This document shows, in pieces, positions 26,864 to 42,745 of a stretch of DNA of 64,000 nt. This DNA comes from the human T2T-CHM13v2.0 reference genome, Homo sapiens, in the NCBI RefSeq assembly GCF_009914755.1, contig NC_060932.1, one strand, 5' to 3'. The first letter of the stretch is position 1. Each line of letters opens with the position of its first letter. The notes beneath the pieces are model-generated. The model ran no database searches, was not told where the DNA came from, and saw nothing but the letters and a program-made list of their open reading frames with translations. Both the position numbers and the translations under genes were made by a program.

Positions 26864-28864
26864 CAGTTGACCCTTGAACAACATGGATTTGAATGGTACA
26901 GGTCCACGTATAGGGGGATTTTTTTTCAATAATAGTTACACTGAGTGTGCCTGCCTCTCCTGCCTCCCCTTCCACTTTTGCCACCCGAGACAGCAAGACC
27001 AACCCCTCTTCTTCCTCCTCCTCCTCCTCAGCCTACTCAACATGAAGACAATGAGAATGAAGATGTTTATGAAGATCCACTTCCATTTAATAAGTATATT
27101 TTCTTAATATTTCTTAATATTTCTATATTTCTTAATATTTCTTATGATCTTCTTAATATTTTTTCTCTAGTTTACTCTGTTGTAAAAATACAGTATATAA
27201 TACATATACAAAACGTGTTAATCAACTGTTTATATTCTCAATAAGGCTTCCAGTCTACAGTACTGATAGCAGTGGAAGCCAGTCTGGAGGGGCTGCTGCC
27301 AAGACACAGGCTGCAGTGGGGCTGGCAGGAGGTGGGAACAGGTGGAAATCCCAACCCCCTACTGAGTTGGCGGGGCAGGAGCCCCACATTCCCAGGTACA
27401 GCTGCAGCCTCCTAGCCTCGGCTCCGGAGCTGGGCATCCCTGCGTTCTTAGGGGTCCGGGAAGCCCCCCCGCCCTCACAGGCTCCTGGCCTCTCCCCAGC
27501 CCACTCCAGGGCAGAGCAAAGTTGTGGCTGAGCCTGAGTCTGTCACAACCTGGCCGAGTATGCACATGCTCGAGGCAGCGCTGACACACCAGCCCCCTGC
27601 CGCCCTGGCCCACTCCAGACTTTGGGCACTGACAAGCACGGGAGGGAGGCCAAGGGGGAGCTGAGGGTGGCTCAGTGTGGGCCTGCAGGCACACCTCGTC
27701 ATGAACAGCCTAGGTGCCATGGATGGCTTGTTGATGGTGGGAGAAGGCAGAAAGGCTCCTGGATAGAAAGGGGCAGGTCCCCCATGAAATTCCACCTTCA
27801 AGCCAGGGACAGCCTTGAAGCCCGGGAGCCAGGCCACCAGTTACGGGTGGAGTCTACAGCCTGGAGTGAGAACTTATGGTGCTTTTTCCGGGCCTGCCCA
27901 TGGCCCAATCAGTACGCACTTCCTCCCTTCTGAGCCCATAAAAACCCCAGACTCAGAGAGATGTTAGCACTACCAGCTGCAGGAAGGAGCTACCCAGTTT
28001 GGGTCTCTTCAACTCACCAGGACAACCTGCCTGTGGAAAGGAGCTACCCACTGCAGGTCTCCTCTCTGCTGAGACCTGGACACTCATTGGGATGACCTGC
28101 CTGTGGAAAGGAGCTACCCACTTTGGGTCTCCTGAGAGCTGTTCTGCTGCTCAATGAAGCCCCTCTCCACCTTGCTCATCCTCCAGTTGTCCATGTACCT
28201 CATTCTTCCTGGACACTGGATAAGAACTCGAGACCTGCCAAATGCAGGGACTGAAAGAGCTATAACACAAACAGGACTAAAACACGGCCTCCTGCTTGCC
28301 ATGTTGTGAGCAACGAGCAGAGGAGAATCCCCGAGCCAGGGCTATGACACCCTCTTTGGGGCTTTGCAGTTCCTGGCATCTCCACTCTTCTGGGCGCCAC
28401 CTCGTTCCCCTCATCCAGATGCGGGTTTCCACAGCAGAGGCTGCATGCAGTACATCTGGTCCAGCTGCAGCCTTGCACAGAACTGGCACCTGTGCCAGTG
28501 CCTGGAGCTGCCCACCCCGCTACAGCAGCTGGCTGTGCAAGGTGGCTGGACCACATGCTCACACACCCACACACCCCTCACAGCTCTGCGCCTGGCTCGC
28601 CCTTGGCAGGTGTGGGATCCAGGCTTGTAGTGTGAGCCAAGCACAGCATGCCAAGCCGAGTAGGCGAACAAGCCCAGTGGGCATGGGCAATACTCAGGCA
28701 GAAGGTGCCACCAGCCACCGTGATTTCTGGCTGGTGAAGCGGCACCCCAAAGATCCTGTGACACTATTAGTAGTTAGGTTTTGGGGAGTCAAAAGTTATA
28801 CACAAATTTTCAACTGCAAAGGGGATGGGCACCCCTCACCCCCGCACTGTTCAGGGGTTAACTG
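26864..28864. mobile_element. Tigger2a-like DNA transposon, split by an LTR
   Basis: TIRs cagttgacccttgaaca ... tgttcaggggttaactg flanked by TA. Confidence 0.88.
27264..28763 (+). mobile_element. MER52-family ERV1 solo LTR (1.5 kb)
   Basis: tgatagc...gatcctgtgaca ends, GC-rich body, ccaatc and cataaaaacccc, and internal repeats of cctgcctgtggaaaggagctaccca. Confidence 0.85.
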
Positions 28865-29651
28865 TATATGAGAGGACATACATAGGTTATATGCAAATAT
28901 TGCACTATTTTATATAAGAGACAGGCTCCATAGATTTTGGTATCTTGGGGGAATCCTGGAACCAATCCCCCACAGATATGGAGGGATCACTACATATTAG
29001 GAGGTACCTAATAATATAAATAATATATATATTTTTTTAAGTCAACACTCCCAGAACCTCAGAGTCCAATCTATCTCAGCTGTGCTCATCTGCCCATATG
29101 CTATAAAAGATGCTTGTATTCACAAATACGAGATTTTGCAGAAGGGTCTCAGGGAGGCCTTCCTTTCTGTCCACCACCTTCCCATGCCACATTAACCCTG
29201 AAAATTATCTCCATATATATCCCAGCAACTCAATTCCTCCCAAACTTTCCTTTGCTTGCCTAGAGTTCTGGTTCTAAAATACTTCCTTCCCAAATTTCTG
29301 TCTTCCAATGTGTCACTTAAAAACAAGGCAAGGACCAAGAACCAACTCCGCCAAAGCTAGCTGCTTCGCAACCAGATCCATACTGCAGGAGCTCAAATGG
29401 CCCAACGGACTTACGAAGGGGAACTCTGTGAAATAAGGGACCTATATCTCAGCATTACATCATGAAATTCAATGGATTGGAAGCCAGACTTACACATATG
29501 GACTGACCATCTGTCCAGAATTTGCGGTGGGGGGGAATTACAGGAACACTGGTTATGAGGTTATTTTCCTGGGTTTATATATTTTCAAATGATTTTAAAA
29601 GGACAAACCAAGATGGGTAGATTTTGTCCTATAGCTAAAAAGTTCCAATGA

Positions 29652-29961
29652 GGCCAGGAGCAGTGGCTTATGCCTATAATCCCAGCATTCTGGAAGGCTG
29701 AGGTGGGAGAATCATTTGAAGCCAGGAGTTTGAGACCAGCTTGGGAAACAAAGGAAGATTCATCTCTACAAAAAAATTTTTTTAATTAGCCACGCATGGT
29801 AGCATGTGCCTATAGTTCCAGCTACTTGGGAGACTGAAATGGGCGCATCATTTGAGCCCAGGAGTTCAGAAGCTACAGTGAGCTATGATCATACCACTGC
29901 ACTCCAGCCTGGGTGATGGAGCAAGACTCTATCTGCAAAGAAAAATTAAAAAAAAAAAAAA
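29652..29961 (+). mobile_element. AluJ
   Basis: Full dimer, TSD aagttccaatga. Confidence 0.92.
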
Positions 29962-31205
29962 TTTTTTTTCTTAAGTTCCAATGAGCCAATGAGATGGCTC
30001 TTGGGTCACAAATAGCTGGTTTGTCATCTCACCTCTCTTTAGACTTTCGTTTCCCAGCACATTACACTAAGAATGTAAGTTTTGTATTTCTGCTATGGAA
30101 CTGTCTTGTGCTATACCAAGAGGAAATATTTTTACAGCTAATGTTGCTGAAAAGTTACAGTTGGTATTCTTTCTTTTGCTCAGATCTACTAAGAAAAGAG
30201 AACTTATTTTGTGACAGGCGTTAAACAGTCCTAATTCAGCATTTAGTGCAAGTTAACTGCGGGTTAAGCAGAGATGAAATAACAAAACTGCCCTCACACA
30301 CAGACTCACACCCAAATAAACAGAATGCACTGTTATAGGAAGAAAGGTACAATATGGACGGGGGAAGGAAATAGGGGAACACAAATAGAGGGGCTGTGAC
30401 CTTCTCACACTGTAACAATCACATCTGGCACAGCACAAGGGACAGAATAGGCTCCTCTCCCTTAGCCTATGAAGGACAGGGGGACACAGGACCCAGACTT
30501 CTAGGCCTTGCAAAGAAATGGAAACTGTATGACATAATTTCCCTTCACTAACACCTAGAAATAGATTTGGGGGAGAAAAGAGAACAAAGAAAGATGTGAA
30601 CTGACACTCATGTGGAAATTAAAAAATAATCCTAGGCCCATACTCCAAAAACACTTGCGAAAGTCAAATTCAATACAGCTATAAATTATCATGAATTCTG
30701 ACTCCATGAAGTCCAAGTTTATGAGATATGTACTGTAACAACATAAACAAAATGCCCACAAAAGAGATTTATAAATACTCTATGAACCTATCTGTCCTCC
30801 ATTTACCACCAGACTTAGAAGAAAGAGCAATCTTTGGAAACAAGACAAAGTAGGATTACCCTCAATTGTACGATTTCTAAACTGTGAAACATGCACCAAG
30901 ATCTACAAGTTACAAACTGACAAATTACAAGTAATATAATCTCTCTAGGGCTCCGTTTTCTGCTAATTAAAATGAGAAAAATGGCACCAAATAATCATTG
31001 CTAACAATTTTGAGTGAACACCTTACGCATATCTCACAGCATCTTCGCAATAACCCCATAAGGGAGATTCTATAATAATCCCCTTTGTCAGATTAAAAAA
31101 AATTGACTTTCAATAGGTTAAATAATTTGATTAAAATTAAGGAGTTAGGAAATATAATACCTAGCTAAACCAATATCTGAATCTAGAACCCATGAGAATA
31201 AGATA

Positions 31206-31771
31206 CAGCTATTCCCACTTATCTGCAGGGGATATGCTCCTAGTCCCCCCCAGTAGATGCCTGAAACTAGGGACAGTACTTGGCGCTATATATACTATGT
31301 TTTTCCTATACATACATACCTACAATAAGGTTTAATTTATAAATTAGGGACTGTAAGACATTAACAAGAATAACATAATAAAATAGAACAATTATAACAA
31401 TATGCCAGCATCACTACTACCCCTCCGTTTGGGGGCCATGATGAAATAAACTAAGGGTTACTTGAACACAAGCACTGTCATTCCTTGACAGCTGACCTAA
31501 CTCAGATGGCTACTAAGTGACTAACAGGCGGGCAGCATACACAGTGTGGTGGATATGCTGGACAAAGGGACAATTCACATCCCAGGTGGGATAGGGCGGG
31601 ACAGATCAGGGTGCATGAGATTTCATCAGGCTACTCAGAATGCCGCACAATTTAAAACTTATAAATTGTTTACTTCTGGAATCTTCTATTTAGTATTTCT
31701 GGACTGCAGCTAACATTGGGTAACTGAACCTACAAAAAGCAAAACCACAGACTGGGGGGAGGGAGCTGCTC
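31206..31771. mobile_element. MER44B-like (Tigger7) DNA transposon
   Basis: cccacttatctgcaggggatatg...tttaaaacttataaattgtttacttctggaa. Confidence 0.82.
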
Positions 31772-31847
31772 TACCAGTCAAGAGCACAACACTGTGAAGC
31801 CAGAATGAATCTGAATCCCAGCTTTGCCATCTACTAATTTAGTAATC

Positions 31848-32421
31848 TTTTTTTTGAGACGGACTCTTGCTCTGTCACTCAGGCTGGAGTACAGTGGAAC
31901 GATCCTGGCTCACTGCAGCCTCAAATTCCCGTGATCCAGGCATGCATTACCACACCTGACAATTTTTGTTTTTTGTTTTATTTTCAGAGACAAGGTCTTG
32001 TTGTTACCCAGGCTGGTCTGAATTTTTTTTTTTTTTTGAAACAGGGTCTTGCTCTGTCACCCAGGCTGGAGTGCAGTGGCACGATCTCGGCTCACTGTAA
32101 CCTCCACCTCCTCCTGTGGAGGTTCAAGGAATTCTCCTGCCTCAGCCTCCCGAGTAGCTGGGATTACAACAGCTGGATGCAACATCACGTCTGGCTAATT
32201 TTTGTCTGTTTAGCAGAGATGGGGTTTTGCCATGTTGGCCAGGCTGGTCTCGAACTCCTGACCTCAAGTGATCTGCCTGCCTCAACCCCACAAAGTGCTG
32301 TGATTACAGGCATGAGCCACCGCACCCAGCCACTTGGTCTCAAACTCCTGAACTCAAGCAATCCTCCTGTCTCGGCCTCCCAAAGTGCTGGGATTACAAG
32401 CATGAGCCACTGTGTCCGGCC
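31848..32421 (-). mobile_element. AluS (32023-32330) nested in an AluJ, both inside a MIR
   Basis: The outer Alu resumes at ggtctcaaactcctg (~32336). MIR halves lie at ~31780-31845 and ~32422-32590. Confidence 0.88.
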
Positions 32422-32794
32422 GTAACTTAGTATCCTTTAACCTCTCTGTATTTTGGTTTATGCAAATGTGAAATAGGGAAGAACAGTAAACCTTGCTTAT
32501 AAAGTTATTGTGAGGATTCAATTAGTAATTGTAACTCAGAGTGTTTATAATGTACCAGACAGTATTCTAAGCACGTTATTAACCATTATTATACTACCTG
32601 TCTCAGAAAAAAATATATAAAGTATCTACACATAATAGGCACTAAACAATTTATATTTCTTCCCTCACCCACTCTGCAAAATCAACTACCTTTTGTTTAT
32701 TTCTATTGTACATCAAAGAGACACTAAGACAGGTGAAAGAAAAAACAAAACCAAAAATCTCAAGACACAAGTATAGCAAGAGAATTATACTCAC

Positions 32795-32891
32795 AGTTCA
32801 GAAGCCCACAATAACTCTGAAGAAATCAAATGACAATTTAAAAAAATACTTCTAATTTCTCTTTCCTCTTTCCATTGCAGTCAGAGAGAAC
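32795..32891 (-). other. Candidate alternative leader exon (97 nt)
   Basis: gtctttcag|GTTCTCTCTGACTGCAATGG...CTGAACT|gtgagt, with an internal alternative acceptor tttcttcag| giving 22 nt. Confidence 0.45.
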
Positions 32892-33215
32892 CTGAAAGAC
32901 TATATATATATATAACCACCATTATTTCACTAGTTTTTTTCAAGGCTTTATTGTACTGTCCACCTTACAGTTAGCTTCTTCACTGCTTACCATACTTACT
33001 GTACTGGACCTTGAATGAAGAATAACAAATTTGGAAAAGGCCTGTCTTCAAACCCGTATTTTAGTTGAAGGAAATATACATGAAATAACTAAGAACCATT
33101 AAAACATCAACAGGCATAATTAATCTGACACAAAGTTAGCTAACAAATTCAGAGGAAGATGGCAAACAGAATATACACATCTATTTCACTTCCACTAAAA
33201 TTATACAAAAGACAC

Positions 33216-33578
33216 AGATATGGTTTGGCTGTGTCCCCACTCAAATCTTGAATTGTAGCTCCCATAATTCCCATGTGTTGTGGGAGGGACCTGCTGGGAG
33301 GTAACTGAATCATGGGGGCAGGTCTTTCCCGTGTTCTTCTCATGATAGCAAATAAGTCTCACAAGATCTGAGGGTTTTATATAGGGGAGTTCCCCTGCAC
33401 ACACTCTCTCTTGCCTGCTGCCGTGTGTAAGATATGTCTTGCTTCCCCTTCGCTTTCTGCCATGATTGTAAGGTCTCCCCAGCCATGTGGGACTGTGAAG
33501 TCAATTGAACCTCTTTCCTTTATAAATTACCCAGTCCCAAGTATGTCTTTATTAGCAGTGTGAGAACAAACTAATACA
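33216..33578 (+). mobile_element. THE1 (C-like) solo LTR
   Basis: gatatggtttggctgtgtcccca...ctaataca, TSD gacac/gacat. Confidence 0.92.
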
Positions 33579-34834
33579 GACATATTAAAAAGATAAATTT
33601 AAAAACCAAACCCACAGGACAGGGAGAAATGAAAGAAAAAGTAACTGAATTTTTGAAGCTATAAGAAAAGCCTCTAACACTGAAGATAGAAACCGAACAA
33701 ACAGGAAAACAGAAAAACTTGGGGGAAATGAACGATAAAAGATCGGAAGCATAGCAAATGACTCAGCAGGCCCAATGCAGCCAGACCAAGCCAGCAGCCA
33801 AAAACACTAAGAACCAATTAGATTTCCACAGCCATGTCGGAAGAAGGTTCAGAACTGGCAGCACTAAATGCAGACAGAACAAGGGGTAAAGAAGGTGGAG
33901 GCATAAAGGATGATGGAGGTTAGGTGAAGACTATCTACGATGCAGCTAAAGCCTCAACACCATGCCTTCGTGGGACTCCCCAACCATGACAGAAGACTGG
34001 GGGCTCTCTGGAAAAGGAGAGCATCCTTAGACAGAAGTCACCCTGCCCAACTGTACAAAACAGAGGTCGATCTAGTCACTGAACACACATTTCAGCTCCT
34101 CCACTACGCCCTATGCACTCTCCTCTCAAACTTCAGATAGTCAGGTCTTTACCCTGCAGGAACCTGATACGTCTAAGAAGAAAGATCTAAAGATACCAAT
34201 GCTGGGGATTTCCCAACAAATGGGCCATCCAGAATATCCTGATGCAAAAGTCAGAGTCAAAAGGCTGAACCCACTTGCTAAAGCTTCCAAAGAATTTTTT
34301 ATTCACCACAAGGAAATTAATACCAGACATGTGAGAAAATTCTGTAACACAAAAGACAGAGAACAACACGGGAGGGTGGGGAAGCGGGGAAGGAATAAAA
34401 AAGCCACTTGGGGGAAATAATACATTACTCACGCGTTTTAGTGAAGCTGGGGAAAACAGACCTACTGTGCTGCCAGTCGTATAAAAGTCTAGCACATACG
34501 ATTATGTACAGTACCTAACACTTGATAAACAATTATGTTACTGGCTTATTTATTGTGCACTTTTAATTATCATTGTAGAGTACACGCCTTCTACTTATTT
34601 AAAAAGGACAACTGTAAAACAGCTCAGGCAGGTCCTTTGGGAGGTATTCCAGAAGGCACTGTTAACCTAGGCGATAACAGCTCCATGTGTGTTATTGCCC
34701 CTAAAGACTTTCCAGTGGGACAAGATACAAAGGTGGAAGATATTGATATTGATGATCCTGACCTTGTGTGGGTCTACCCTAATGTGTGTATTTGTGTCTT
34801 CATTTTAACAAAAAAGTTTAAAAACCTTAAATTA

Positions 34835-35174
<340 letters not shown>

Positions 35175-35203
35175 TCATAGAATATGGATATAAAGAAAAT
35201 ATT

Positions 35204-35411
35204 GGCTAGGTGCAGTGCCTCGCTCCTATCATCTTGGCACTTTGGGAGGCCGAGGCAGATGGATTGCTTGAGTCTAGAAGTTTGAGACCAGCCTGGGCAA
35301 CATGGTGAAACCCTATCTCTACAGAAAAAATTAGCTGGGCATGGTGGCACACGCATGTAGTCTCAGCTACTTGGGAAGCTGAGGTGGGAGGATCACTTGA
35401 GCCCGGGAAGG
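35204..35411 (+). mobile_element. 3'-truncated AluJ
   Basis: Left arm plus part of the right arm, no tail. Confidence 0.85.
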
Positions 35412-36195
35412 GGCTCACATTGTACTGCTGTACAATGTGCCTCTGTTGTAAGCTAAGTGTTATTACAAAATAGTCATAAGTTTAAAAACATTTAAAAGTT
35501 TATAAAGTTATAGTAAGCTACGGTTATTACTGAAGAAAAATATTTTTTATAAACTTAGTGTACAGCCTAAGTGTACAGTATTTATAAAATCTACAGTAGC
35601 GTACAGTGATAATTTAGGCCTTCACATTCACTCACCACACACTCACTGACTCACCCAGAGCAGCGTTCAGTCCTGCAAGCTCCATTCCATTCATGCATGT
35701 AAGTGCCCTATACAGGTATATTTTTTAATCTTTTATATCATATTCTTATTGTACCTTTTCTATGTTTAGATACACACACACTTACCACTGTGTTACAACT
35801 GCCTACAATATTCTGTACAGTAACATGCTGTACAATTTTGCAGTCTAGGAGCAATAGGCTATACTATATAGCCCAGGCATGCAGTAGGCTACCATCTAAA
35901 TTTGCTGAGTACACTCTATGACATTTGTACAATGAAATCACCTAATGCATTTCCTGTCGTTAAGCAACTCATATATAAAAATCAAAAACAGAATTACAAA
36001 AAGAAAAAGACAAATCCACAGTGATAGATTTTATTTCATTTATCTCTCATGAAATAGCAAAGTCTCTTGTCCATCCTGCTAATGAGTTAACTACCTTTTT
36101 CTTGACATGTTACATATTTTTTATGCAAACTGTTAGAACTATGATTTACCAATATCTTCTCCCACTCTGTAATTTGCCTTTCACTCTCCTACTAA

Positions 36196-36492
<297 letters not shown>

Positions 36493-36614
36493 TAATAATG
36501 TCTTTTGAGGAATATGATGTCCTAACTTTAATGTAGCATAACTCATCGATTTTTCTTTTATGGTTGCTTTTTGTGTCCAGAGATAATAAGATGTTATCCA
36601 TCATAATCCTCCAA

Positions 36615-36907
36615 AACTATGCTCTCCAACACAGTACCCACTAGTCACGTGCTAAGGAGCACTTGAAATGTAACTAGGCCAAACTGAGACGTAAGTGTAA
36701 AATACACACTGAATTGCTAAAACTATAGTATCCTTGCCCCCCAAAATAAAATATACTAATAATGTTTAAATTACTTGCACATTAAAATGTATTTGAGCAT
36801 TACTGGGTTAAATACAAAATATTAATTTATCTGTTTTTCCTAAATTTAGCTTCTAGAAAAATTTAAAATCACATGTGGCTCACAATATATTTCTATTAAA
36901 CACCGTT
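36615..36907. mobile_element. MER33/MER3-like hAT-Charlie element
   Basis: gagcacttgaaatgt...aagtgtaaaatacacactg...catgtggctcaca. Confidence 0.75.
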
Positions 36908-37236
36908 ATACCAGTTTTATTTAATCTTTTCATATCTATAAATCCACTTGAAATTATTTTTTATTGTGTGAAGCAAATTATTATTTTTCCCTATATGGAT
37001 ACTCAAATGACCCAGCACCATTTATTGAAAAAGTGTCTCTTCCCCGTTGCTCTACAATGTCAATTTGTCACAGATCAATTGTCACAAAAGAATATATACA
37101 GTATAATTCTATTCCTATAAAGTTTAAAACTATACAAAAGCTAATCCTAATGTTTAAAGACACATAATAGGGAGTAAAATTTTTTTTTTAATGGAAATGA
37201 CTGTCACAGAAGTCAAGATGATGGAAAAGGGAGTAA

Positions 37237-37652
<416 letters not shown>

Positions 37653-37761
37653 TTATATATAATCTATATACTTATATCTACGTTTTTGATTTTCAAAAAG
37701 ATATATGAGTATCACCAAGGGATAAAGAAGGCCTAAATGGATCTTTTACAATCTTACCTGT

Positions 37762-38568
<807 letters not shown>

Positions 38569-38748
38569 TAAAAAAAGAATAAGTAATCAAGGCAAGATAA
38601 ACTAGGATGAATCCATCAATGGTTTTACACCAGGCTGTAAAGAAAGCATGATCTCATACTGAATGACTTATCAGGTGAACTACCAAAATTGTTCATTGCC
38701 ACATACAGAATCAACACTTCACAAATCTTGTATTTAACGTATCATATA

Positions 38749-39041
<293 letters not shown>

Positions 39042-39428
39042 GTACTTTATAGATAAAGAGCACTTTTCCTTGGAAATGTACTTTAAAGTCAGAAAAGCAG
39101 CAGATATATAGAAAAGACATCTGAAATCAAATTCAAGAAACCTGAATTCCAGTCCTAGTTCTATCACTAGAGCAAGTTTGGGCACTGTGAGCAAGTTATA
39201 CATGCCTTTTACATTTATTTCCCTCGAAGACAGGCAAATAACTACACCACACTTTGCTAAGCTTATGGATGGTATCAAACAGCCAACTATATAGCCACAC
39301 AATTTGTTATTACATTTGCTATTTCCAAGAAATGTATCTAATCCTAAAAATAACTCAGCAACCATACCAAATCTCCAGATAAACTTCAAATTCCAAATGC
39401 AAAGTTTCCTTTAAGATTTGGTACTACA

Positions 39429-39745
<317 letters not shown>

Positions 39746-40021
39746 CTACAAATCAGTCTCACCAAGTTAATACTAGAGAGCTCACCTAACAAAAAGTACT
39801 TATAGTACACATTTTTTAAAAGGCAATGATTTAAGCCTGGTAAGGAAATTTTAGATAAAAGAAAGCAAAGGTTTCTTTTATAGGTTTAATTCTTTTAAAG
39901 ATTTCATTTAGAGGTTTATCCCTTCAACCATACAACCCAACTGGAGTGGTGGTGTTTTAGGAAAACTGCCTCCTCTTTTGCAATTTATTGAGTTAGTATC
40001 TTTAAACTCAAAAATATCTGG

Positions 40022-40282
40022 GCCTGGTGTGGTGGCTCATGCCTGTAATCCCAGGCAGAGACAGGTGGATCACATGAGGCCAGGAGTTCAAGACCAGCCT
40101 GGCCAACATGGCAAAACCCCGTCTCTACTAAAAAAAATACAAAAATTAGCCAGGAGCTACTCAGGAGGCTGAGACAGGGGAATCGCTTGAATCCGGGAGG
40201 TGGAGGTTGCAGTGAGCTGAGATCACACCACTGCCTGGGCAACAGAGCAAGACTCTGTCTCAAAATTTAAAAAAAAAAAAAA
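40022..40282 (+). mobile_element. AluS with internal deletions
   Basis: Dimer missing several segments. Confidence 0.88.
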
Positions 40283-40354
40283 AGGAAGGAAGAAAGGAAG
40301 GGAGGAAGGGAAGAAGGGAGGGAGGAAGGGAGGGAGGAAGGGAGGGAGGGAGGG
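40283..40354. repeat. (GGGA/GGAA)n purine tract
   Basis: ggaaggaagaaaggaagggaggaaggga... Confidence 0.92.
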
Positions 40355-40581
40355 AAAAAAATTATGTGGTTATTTTTACTCATTTCAACAAATTCTTGCT
40401 GTTTTGTGTGGCAATGAAGACAGCAGTCCCATAGTAAAGAGCTAAAGAAAACTGTGTACAAGCATCCAGCAATGCCAAAAGCTCTATCAGTATACTATGC
40501 CTACTACAAACACACATACTCTGTGAGGGGCCTGAGGGGCCTCCTGTATAGGACACACAGCTCGAGCATACTCTACAGTCA

Positions 40582-40838
40582 TCACACCTGTAATCCCAGC
40601 ACTGTGGGAGGCCGAGGCGTGTAGATCATGAGGTGAGGAGATCGAGACCATCCTGGCTAACACAGTGAAACCTACTAAAAATACAAAAAATTAGCCGGGC
40701 GTGGTGGCTAATCCCAGCTACTCGGGAGGCTGAGGCAGAGAATGGCGTGAATCGGGGAGGCGGAGCTTGCAGTGAGCTGAGATCACGCCACTGCACCCCA
40801 GCCTGGGTGACAGAGCGAGACTCCCTCAAAAAAAAAAA
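40582..40838 (+). mobile_element. AluY with deletions
   Basis: gagatcgagaccatcctggctaacac and ggagcttgcag. Confidence 0.88.
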
Positions 40839-41004
40839 CCACAGAATGTCCACCCTCCTTTCCCAGCATTAGTGACACTCCTCACTCATGGCAATCCTAC
40901 AAACTTCCTGGCCCTTGTAGGTCCCCCCCCCCAACCCAACCTACCTAGGCTTCCTCTGCTTGCCCTTTAAGTGCTCTCCTGGGGACCCTATTCTTTGTGT
41001 TAAG

Positions 41005-41125
41005 TACATTCCCTTTGCAGTGCAAAAGCAGCCATAGACAATATATAAACAATTTGAATGCATCCCAATAAATACATATTTACAAAAGCAGATTTGGCCC
41101 ACGTGCTATAGTTTCCTCAGCCCTG
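41005..41125. mobile_element. MER58A fragment
   Basis: gcaaaagcagccatagacaatatataaac...gatttggcccac...ccctg. Confidence 0.8.
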
Positions 41126-41469
41126 TAACAGACCACTGATACCAACACGCACGAACCTTAAGGCCTTGCCTCTCCCTCTAATACAGCCTATATATGTTCT
41201 TCCTCCTATAAATATATACCCTATAACAATGAACAGCTTATAATAGCATCTCCTCTTAACTAATTCTTTCCACGAGCTATACTCTGTGCTAAGAGTCTTA
41301 GGAGTACTCAGTCCTCAAAATAACCTCTCAAGGAATTATTCCTGTTACACATTTCCGGAAGTTCAGATTTAGAAGGTTATCTAATTTTCCAAAGTCACAT
41401 AATAATAAAAAGCCAAGCTAAGAATCAAATTCAGGTGTCTGACCCCAAAAATCCTGCCCTTAACCATGA

Positions 41470-42280
41470 CCAGCTGCCCAATCTAACTCTTTCACCTCAC
41501 TTATCTCTCACCCCTAAGATCCCTGCTCTCCAATTCTATGGCCATCCATTTAATTCAAGTTACAGTGTTGCAAAAACAAAAACAAAACAAAACCTCCTAA
41601 CTGATCTACTTTCTTTATTACAGTGCCCCCTTCAATTCAACTTCTTCACCAGTACCTACCTGAGTGACCTTTCCTAAAACAAATTATGTCAACCGCTCAA
41701 AAGTCTTCAACAGCTCTCATTACTTTGAGGGATATTAGAAATTCTTTGCTTTGAAAAGCAATTTTCCAACTGTGTTCCCTATTCTGCTGACATTTATCTG
41801 GGGCATCAAAGCATACCTTCTAAGCCTTTACCTCTTCCTCCTCAAAATATTTCTCATCATCCCATTCCAAATAGAATATTCCAGGGGGAACAGGGAAGAG
41901 GAGAACTTGAGGGGGGTTAGGGGGTTAAGAGGGAGAAGGAGAGAAAGAACAGAACCAAACCACTAGCTTCCTATCTCATTTTCCATCACTTGCTCATTCC
42001 TTTTCTACGGTAGGGTCATACTGAACAACCTCAACTTCCCTTAATGTGCCATGCTACTTCTTACAAACAAGCCTTTACTTATGCCAGTCCTTCTGCCTGG
42101 TAGGTTCTTCCCTTCCCCCACCCAGCTTACTCCTAATCATCCTTCAAAGTTCAGTTCAAGTGCAACCAAAAATCTGCCTTCCATGACCCTCCTCCCACCT
42201 AAGACTGATGTGGATGCACCACCCTATGCATGAATGTTTCTACCACAGGATTTAGCCCACTGAACTATAATCAATAATTT
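41470..42280 (+). mobile_element. L2 fragments
   Basis: cctcctaactgatct and tcatccttcaaagttcagttcaagtg. Confidence 0.55.
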
Positions 42281-42285
42281 GCCTG

Positions 42286-42745
42286 TTTTTTAAGAGACAG
42301 GGTCTTGCTCTATCTTCCAGGCTGGAGTGCAGTGAGGAGAGCCTAGCTCACTGTAGTCTCAGACACCTGAGCTCAAGCAATCCTCCCACCTGAGCCTCCC
42401 TCAGCCACACCATCACGCGCCAGCTAATTTCTTTTTTTTTTTCTGGAGATAGGGTCTCACTCTGTCATCCAGGCTGGATTGTGGCAATGCGATCAAGCTC
42501 ACTGCAGTCTCAACCTCCCAGGCTCATGCGATTCTCCTACATCGGTCTCCCAAGTAGTTGGGACCACAGGTGGGCACCACCCCCAGCCCCAGGTAATTTT
42601 TTTTTTTTTTTTTTTTTTTTTTTTGGTAGAGAGGGGAGTCTCACTATATTACCCAGGCTGGTCTCAAACTCCTGGACTCAAGAGATCCACCCGTCTTGGC
42701 CTCTCTCCGCCTCCCAAAGTGCTAGGATCACAGGCATGTGCCACT
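42286..42745 (-). mobile_element. AluJ plus an extra right-arm fragment
   Basis: Two antisense J-type right arms and one left arm. Confidence 0.85.

Larger units (their letters stand above)
26651..28992. mobile_element. MER2 (TcMar-Tigger), split by nested insertions
   Basis: Left part 26651-26863 (cagtcagcc...ctagagatgatttaaagta) and right part 28865-28992 (...ggaaccaatcccccacagatatggaggg). Confidence 0.85.

Noticed and set aside
27255-28871. Cluster of long overlapping ORFs up to 191 aa
   Set aside because: They lie in the GC-rich MER52 LTR, where stop codons are scarce. No recognisable domain.
29390-29430. Isolated minus-strand donor-like TTC|gtaagt
   Set aside because: I found no convincing paired acceptor, and the surrounding sequence may be an old LTR.
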